29,413 bases of DNA from Bdellovibrionales bacterium (lineage in GTDB: Bacteria > Bdellovibrionota > Bdellovibrionia > Bdellovibrionales > DASUEL01). The translations under genes were made by a program, and so were the position numbers. Location of the stretch: positions 1 to 29,413 of the forward strand of contig JBFWOZ010000036.1 in the NCBI GenBank assembly GCA_050250255.1, written 5' to 3'. Under the pieces are notes generated by a model, which was not told where the DNA came from, did not search any database, and worked only from the letters and a program-made list of their open reading frames with translations. Within the stretch, counting starts at the first letter, position 1. Each line of letters starts with the position of its first letter. This document shows, piece after piece, positions 24,424 through 29,413 of the stretch.

Positions 24424-26619
24424 TTACTTTGGACGCGGATTTCTTGAAATGCTCTCTGCATCGTTCACACCAGCGGCGTGTGGAAATCCTGAGCGAAAAA
24501 ATCCTTCTCGAATACCTTTTGTTTCGCTCGGTCGTGTGTACAAACGCCCGTTGACGTTTTGTAAGATTTGTTTTCCCCCGTTCGCCGTTGTAGCGGTTAC
24601 AGATTGATCAAGCATGCTTGGCCCACGGCGAGAGTAATCCTGTTTGGCAGGAGTCGCCGTTCCGTTCTGTGCATGATCGTTGATTTGCAACGTATAGTGA
24701 TGATGTCCTTTGTTTTGTGAAGCAGCTGATTTAAGGTATGCTTTTGGACCACCCTTAGAACCATTCACACCTACATCACCATGATCTCCTGTATCTGTTT
24801 TCATAAAATCAGGACCAATCACATAGTTTTGACCGTAATCTAAAAAGACTATTCTTTTTCTTTGAGCTGGCGAAAGCTTTTCCATAACAGCAAACTCAAA
24901 TGGGTTCGCCCACCCTGTTCCATCTGGCTTTATCCCCAACGGATCTTTCCAAAATGGGTCTTTGCTCATGTTCATTGCATTCAAAAGTTTTACAGAATAT
25001 CCAAGATTCGCAGGGTCTTTCATGTAAGCACCAGATTTTAAATATCTGATAACCCATTCAACGTGATTCGCAGGTTTAATAATATGTACAGACCCTGGAA
25101 ATTGCTCCATCTGTGCTTGCCCATTCGAAACGGTCATTTCAACTTCTTTTTCTAACGTCAAACTCCCACGTTTTGCTAAAGAAAGTGTTTCTTCCTTAAT
25201 ATGCGGATTAATAGAATTTCCATCAATCCAATCTTCATGCAGAAGTTCACGAACATTAAAACCCTTCAGATCACGTGCAACCATCATTTGGAATTTTCTA
25301 TCACCAGCCACGACATGATCTTCAATGTTAAGACCTAAAATCTCTGCTGTTTCTACTCGCCCATTTGCATAAAAAATCTGATTTAAATCAGCTACACTTT
25401 GGTTTTCAGGCGTGTATCTAATTTGACGAATGTTGTAGTCACCTACTCCTCGAACATTTGGAATATCTGGTCGAAACCCAGGATTTGGCTCCAACAACAT
25501 CGCACTATTAAAGTGTCGACCAACAGCTTGGCCTTCTGCCGTGGTTTGAGCGAATCGATCAGCCGAATAATTTCCTTCAGAAATCGATCCTGGAGTCCCT
25601 AAAAATCGACGAGTTGTCTCTGTGCGAAATGTCGGAACTGGTTGATAGATGTACGTACTGCTAGCAAAAATAATACTCGAGTCTAAAGTATGTACTTTGT
25701 GTTCAAAGGTCGCAATCGCATTTGCCTTTGTTGGTATAACACCCGTCTCTGCAAGCAAAATGTCATGGGTTATTTGTAAACCTTGACCTGCTAAAATAAA
25801 GATAGGTACGCCGGATTCTTTTCTCATTTGTTCAATAAATGGATCCATTCGGAAGGTGCGCCCTTGGACAGCCATGAGAATGATCGCCGCATTTTTTTCT
25901 TTTGCAAGTGTGATCATAGAAAGTAGTTGTTCTTTGATCACAGGTACGCCAGCAATAAAGCTTGAAACAAGAAGAGGTCTTACTTTTGCCACTTCTTTTA
26001 CAGCAGCTTGCACGTGATCCGCACCGTAGAGGTCCGTATCGATGATTTTCACGAATTGAGTTTCTTTATCTTTCTTAGATTTTTCTTTAAGCGCCTGAAG
26101 ATCTTTAAACAAGCCGTTTTCCCCAAGCAGTTCGTTCAGTTGTTTTTCTTTAATTCCTAAAGAATCGGCAATCTCTTTTGAAGTAGGAATTCGGCGATAT
26201 TTCGCTGCCAAAGCTGTGTATTTGTTAACAAGAAATGTTTGGAGTCGGAAAAATCCGTCTGGAGAACTATCCTTTATTTCTCTTAATGCTGTAGCTCGAT
26301 CAAAACCAAATTTTTCAAGTAGGTCTGCATCTTTTTCTTTTAAGCGAGACACCACATCTGCAAGATCTGGCAAATATTTGTATTTAACGATGAAGTTGAC
26401 GACGATGCCGTTCACGGCTTTTTGTACACTCATCGGAAGTTCATTTACCTCTGGTCGACTCCCCTTCATGTCGAAAGGTGCGTCTACGCCAGTGGCAACA
26501 GCTTCTTTTCCGGCCTTTTTCTTTTTTATGGAGAGAACATCGCAGCTTTTCTTAGTGGCTGCAAAAGCGGAGTTTGTAAGTAGCAAGAGAGACAATGAGA
26601 GAACTAGAGTGCTTTTCAT
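24424..26619 (-). CDS. Secreted calcineurin-like metallophosphoesterase resembling phage T5 A1-type proteins
   Basis: Signal peptide (…TNSAFA), HTH-like RIPTSKEIADSLGI, and ordered C-terminal metal motifs IEDH, HEDWIDG..IN.H, ANH, DHGDVGVNGSKG, GHHH, followed by DY..GPS and NGGKQIL. SD GGAGG. Family assignment is from memory of motif order. Confidence 0.7.
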   Translation of the reverse strand: MKSTLVLSLSLLLLTNSAFAATKKSCDVLSIKKKKAGKEAVATGVDAPFDMKGSRPEVNELPMSVQKAVNGIVVNFIVKYKYLPDLADVVSRLKEKDADLLEKFGFDRATALREIKDSSPDGFFRLQTFLVNKYTALAAKYRRIPTSKEIADSLGIKEKQLNELLGENGLFKDLQALKEKSKKDKETQFVKIIDTDLYGADHVQAAVKEVAKVRPLLVSSFIAGVPVIKEQLLSMITLAKEKNAAIILMAVQGRTFRMDPFIEQMRKESGVPIFILAGQGLQITHDILLAETGVIPTKANAIATFEHKVHTLDSSIIFASSTYIYQPVPTFRTETTRRFLGTPGSISEGNYSADRFAQTTAEGQAVGRHFNSAMLLEPNPGFRPDIPNVRGVGDYNIRQIRYTPENQSVADLNQIFYANGRVETAEILGLNIEDHVVAGDRKFQMMVARDLKGFNVRELLHEDWIDGNSINPHIKEETLSLAKRGSLTLEKEVEMTVSNGQAQMEQFPGSVHIIKPANHVEWVIRYLKSGAYMKDPANLGYSVKLLNAMNMSKDPFWKDPLGIKPDGTGWANPFEFAVMEKLSPAQRKRIVFLDYGQNYVIGPDFMKTDTGDHGDVGVNGSKGGPKAYLKSAASQNKGHHHYTLQINDHAQNGTATPAKQDYSRRGPSMLDQSVTATTANGGKQILQNVNGRLYTRPSETKGIREGFFRSGFPHAAGVNDAESISRNPRPK

Positions 26620-27851
26620 TGGCCACCTCCCGACAACGACTTGCGACAGCTAAGGCCTGTTGGTCTTTCACTTACAGTTTCAACTTTTACTTCTTTTTTC
26701 AATTTAGGCTTGAAAGCTTTTTCCATTTTCGCAAACACTTTCTTTGCAGCCTCAATCACTTTCACATCTCCCGCAAGAGTTTCACCAACACGTTCTTCTT
26801 CCGTTGCTGGTCGCACAAGGCCACTATTCATATAGATGCTAAAACGTGGACGACCTGTTCTTGCGACTTCTGCGTTGCTTAGGGCATTATAGATACCAAA
26901 TTTAACATAACGACCATAAGTATCCGTTGCGTATTTTTTGAAAAGGCTATGAACTCTTTCAATCGTATTGGGATTATCATCTGCGAAAATGATAAAGTAC
27001 GACTTCTTCATGACATCGCCGTTAGGACTGAGCCTCATCGGAGCATTTTCAGGATCCATCTTAATGATAATTCGGATGAACTCTTCTTGCCATCCAGGTT
27101 TTGACTCTGTTGCGGAGCGAGGGTTATTAGAAAAATGCTCAGTCTCCGGACCACTGGTGCTGACATAAGCTCCTGGTCGATGACGGATTGGCAGTTCATC
27201 ATTTGCTGTATGCTTTGCGAAAGCATCAAACAACTGATCCCACTGAGTCTCTGGATAGTAGCGAGCGGATTCTATCGTTAAAGCAGAAGCTGCTTCAGGA
27301 GTACTTAAAGCCGCTGCAAAAAGAGGATACATCGTTCCTTGCCACTTTCCAGATTTTGCTGCTTCGAACTGTTCTAATAAATAGTTTCTTTGACCGGTGG
27401 GATCAGCACGATAAAAACGAAACCAGTCAGGGGCGAGCATATATTCAGAAGGTCTAATGGTTCTTCGTTTGCCCGTCTGCATATCCATGACTGTATATTT
27501 TTGGCCAACGGCGATTCCAGGATCCATTTCTCCGCGAGCTAAACGATCATGATAAACAAATAATTCGTAATAATCTTTTTGTGAAACGATGAGTTCTTCT
27601 GGGCCGGTTGCTACTGGTTGATAAATCTGACCTCTAAAAAAAACTCTTCTAAGAACAACGGGGCCATTCCAAGATCCGCGAGTCATTGAAGACCGACCTT
27701 CTTGCCCTGCGACCATTGTGCTATCAAAATCACCGATGATAAAAACACCATTGTTATTCGCTATGGGTTGGGCATTTAATTCCTGAGATATAAAAACGAG
27801 GAATATAAGGACTACAAAGATCCACTGATATTTAACGCCCGCTTTTAACAT
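26616..27851 (-). CDS. Secreted HAD-superfamily phosphatase-like protein
   Basis: Signal peptide (…IFLVFISQELNA|QP). HAD motif I FIIGDFDST, motif II-like TIESAR, Lys in ESKP, motif IV IIFADD. ATG 27851 follows GAGG (track start 27872). TGA overlaps the ATG of the next gene. Confidence 0.7.
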   Translation of the reverse strand: MLKAGVKYQWIFVVLIFLVFISQELNAQPIANNNGVFIIGDFDSTMVAGQEGRSSMTRGSWNGPVVLRRVFFRGQIYQPVATGPEELIVSQKDYYELFVYHDRLARGEMDPGIAVGQKYTVMDMQTGKRRTIRPSEYMLAPDWFRFYRADPTGQRNYLLEQFEAAKSGKWQGTMYPLFAAALSTPEAASALTIESARYYPETQWDQLFDAFAKHTANDELPIRHRPGAYVSTSGPETEHFSNNPRSATESKPGWQEEFIRIIIKMDPENAPMRLSPNGDVMKKSYFIIFADDNPNTIERVHSLFKKYATDTYGRYVKFGIYNALSNAEVARTGRPRFSIYMNSGLVRPATEEERVGETLAGDVKVIEAAKKVFAKMEKAFKPKLKKEVKVETVSERPTGLSCRKSLSGGGQ

Positions 27852-28154
27852 TCCAACCTCACCTGCTCCCATATAGATGGGAAGCTATTATTTCGTTCTC
27901 AGGTTCACTGCCCAAAAAGTAGTCAGGAAGCACTTTAGGGCATCGGCGAGTCTATAAAAACTCCCTCAATGCCTATTATTTGGCCTACAAACTACCGCTC
28001 AACAGCGAATAACTAGGGTTCGAGAGTGTTATTGCAAAATGAGAGCCTCATTTTTAATGATTTTTAGCTCGCATTAGTTCTTGTTTTGAATTCCATAAAA
28101 CTTCGTTGTATGGTCGCAAACCCTTGAATTATTAGGGATTTGTTAGGAGACGTT

Positions 28155-29413
28155 ATGAAGCCACATGTGAAGCTAATATTGGGTCTTTCACTCGGGATTA
28201 TCTTGGGGACTTTCGCTCATAGTTTTTCGCAAACTCCAGGCTTTGAGTGGATTGCGGGCATCAACACCTACCTTTTTATGCCCGTAGGACAAGCGTTCTT
28301 AAAACTCATTTTCATGGTTGTTGTACCGATGGTGTTCTCGGCACTCGTGATGGGAGTTCATGAATTAGGATCTCATCGTGGCCTTGGAAAAGTTGTACGC
28401 AACACTCTCTTTTTCACGATCCTTTCCAGCGCTGCTTCGGTTCTCATCGGCGTGGGACTCGTCAATGCTTTACAACCGGGCCAAGGTTTTCAACTTAGCA
28501 GTGACGTTGTTCAAGCACAGGCAGGCAGCGTTGATAAAATTAAAGCCAATGCAGCCGCGGCAAAACCGTTTCAAGAAGCATTGCTTGATATCATTCCTAA
28601 AAACCCAATTGAAGCCGCGGTAAAGGCGCTCGATGGGGAAATGATCGCGCTCATGTTTTTTGCTCTCGTGTTTGGACTCGCTTTAAGTTTTTCTCTTCCA
28701 CAAAATCATCAGGCACATCAAAAAAGTGCGATCATTCAAGTCCTTGAACAGATTTTTGAAGCCTGCATGGTCATCATGGCATTTGTGATGAGATTTGCCC
28801 CTTTCGCGGTTTTCGCTCTGGTGTTCAATACCTCTTTCAAGTTTGGGTACTCGCTTCTCTCGGCACTTCTCTACTATGTGCTCATCGTCGTTGCGGGACT
28901 GCTTTTACAACAGTTTGGTGTCTACACTTTATTATTAAAGCTCTTTACAAATTATTCGCCGCTTAAGTTTTTTCAAAACTGCCGAGAAGTTTATTTGTAT
29001 GCGTTTGCAACCGCCTCATCGAATGCCACCCTTCCTCGTTCTCTCGAAACAGCAGAGACAAAATTAAAATTACCTAAAGAGATCTCGCGCTTTGTTTTGA
29101 CCGTTGGATCAACCGCTAACCAAAACGGCACGGCCCTCTTTGAAGGTGTGACGGTTTTATTCTTAGCTCAGGTGTACGGGATTGATCTGACTTTGGCTCA
29201 ACAAGTACAAGTGGTGCTCATGTCCATCTTGGCGGGAATTGGAACCGCGGGTGTGCCAGGTGGTTCGCTCCCACTTATTATGATCTTGCTTCAACAGATG
29301 GGAATTCCCCCAGAAGCACTCGGTATCGTTCTCGGAGTCGATCGCTTTTTAGATATGTGTCGCACGACCGTGAATGTCAGTGGAGATTTAGTTATTGCTG
29401 CTCTTGTAAGTAG
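28155..29413 (+). CDS. gltP: Dicarboxylate/amino acid:cation symporter (DAACS, GltP-like), truncated by the window end
   Basis: Not in the ORF track; read by hand. ATG 28155 after SD AGGAG (MKPHVKLILG...). Motifs FLKLIFMVVVP, AFATASSNATLP, GSTANQNGTALFE, GTAGVPGGS, DRFLDMCRTTVNVSGD. Confidence 0.95.
   Translation, partial: MKPHVKLILGLSLGIILGTFAHSFSQTPGFEWIAGINTYLFMPVGQAFLKLIFMVVVPMVFSALVMGVHELGSHRGLGKVVRNTLFFTILSSAASVLIGVGLVNALQPGQGFQLSSDVVQAQAGSVDKIKANAAAAKPFQEALLDIIPKNPIEAAVKALDGEMIALMFFALVFGLALSFSLPQNHQAHQKSAIIQVLEQIFEACMVIMAFVMRFAPFAVFALVFNTSFKFGYSLLSALLYYVLIVVAGLLLQQFGVYTLLLKLFTNYSPLKFFQNCREVYLYAFATASSNATLPRSLETAETKLKLPKEISRFVLTVGSTANQNGTALFEGVTVLFLAQVYGIDLTLAQQVQVVLMSILAGIGTAGVPGGSLPLIMILLQQMGIPPEALGIVLGVDRFLDMCRTTVNVSGDLVIAALVS

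Noticed and set aside
27940..27966. FliA (sigma28) promoter upstream of the HAD/A1-like operon (GCCGATGC on the minus strand)
   Set aside because: The -10 is plausible but the -35 match (GGGAGTTT versus TAAAGTTT) and spacing are poor.
27873..28154. Riboswitch or sRNA in the divergent intergenic region
   Set aside because: Only weak imperfect hairpins and no recognisable aptamer consensus.
631..28623. Short alternative-frame or antisense ORFs in the track (e.g. 631-825, 4471-4937, 16001-16348, 21209-21637, 26216-26653, 28378-28623)
   Set aside because: They overlap well-supported genes or att/repeat DNA and show no motifs, so they are treated as shadow ORFs.

Overview
Bacterial genomic window, probably from a Bdellovibrionota (Bdellovibrio-like) predator. 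This is inferred from the gene set and the many signal-peptide orphans, not from a marker gene. It has four blocks. (1) 1-4761 is the right end of a P4-type integrative element or phage satellite: a P-loop helicase-like gene cut by the window edge, AlpA, two orphan cargo genes, a tyrosine integrase and a tRNA 3'-end att duplicate. A second small AT-rich islet follows (GGTTCTAC repeats plus a two-gene soluble + 2-TM module). (2) 5823-8460 holds host genes (YkgJ, PepSY/cytochrome b, secreted orphans). (3) 8423-19710 is a compact highly-reducing type II PKS/FAS-like cluster: KS, chain-length factor, hotdog thioesterase, stand-alone E2-type acyltransferase, ACP, PPTase, FabG and two FabZ. It is divergently linked to a dedicated ABC + LolA-like + outer-membrane barrel export operon. 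(4) 20013-29413 holds housekeeping genes (Hsp20, glutathione peroxidase, TerC, YceI, acyl-CoA dehydrogenase, DAACS symporter) around a coupled two-gene operon for a secreted HAD-like phosphatase and a secreted metallophosphoesterase resembling phage T5 A1-type nucleases. The best candidates for an undescribed system are the PKS/export cluster and the secreted A1-like + HAD operon. All family calls come from motif reading; no searches were run.
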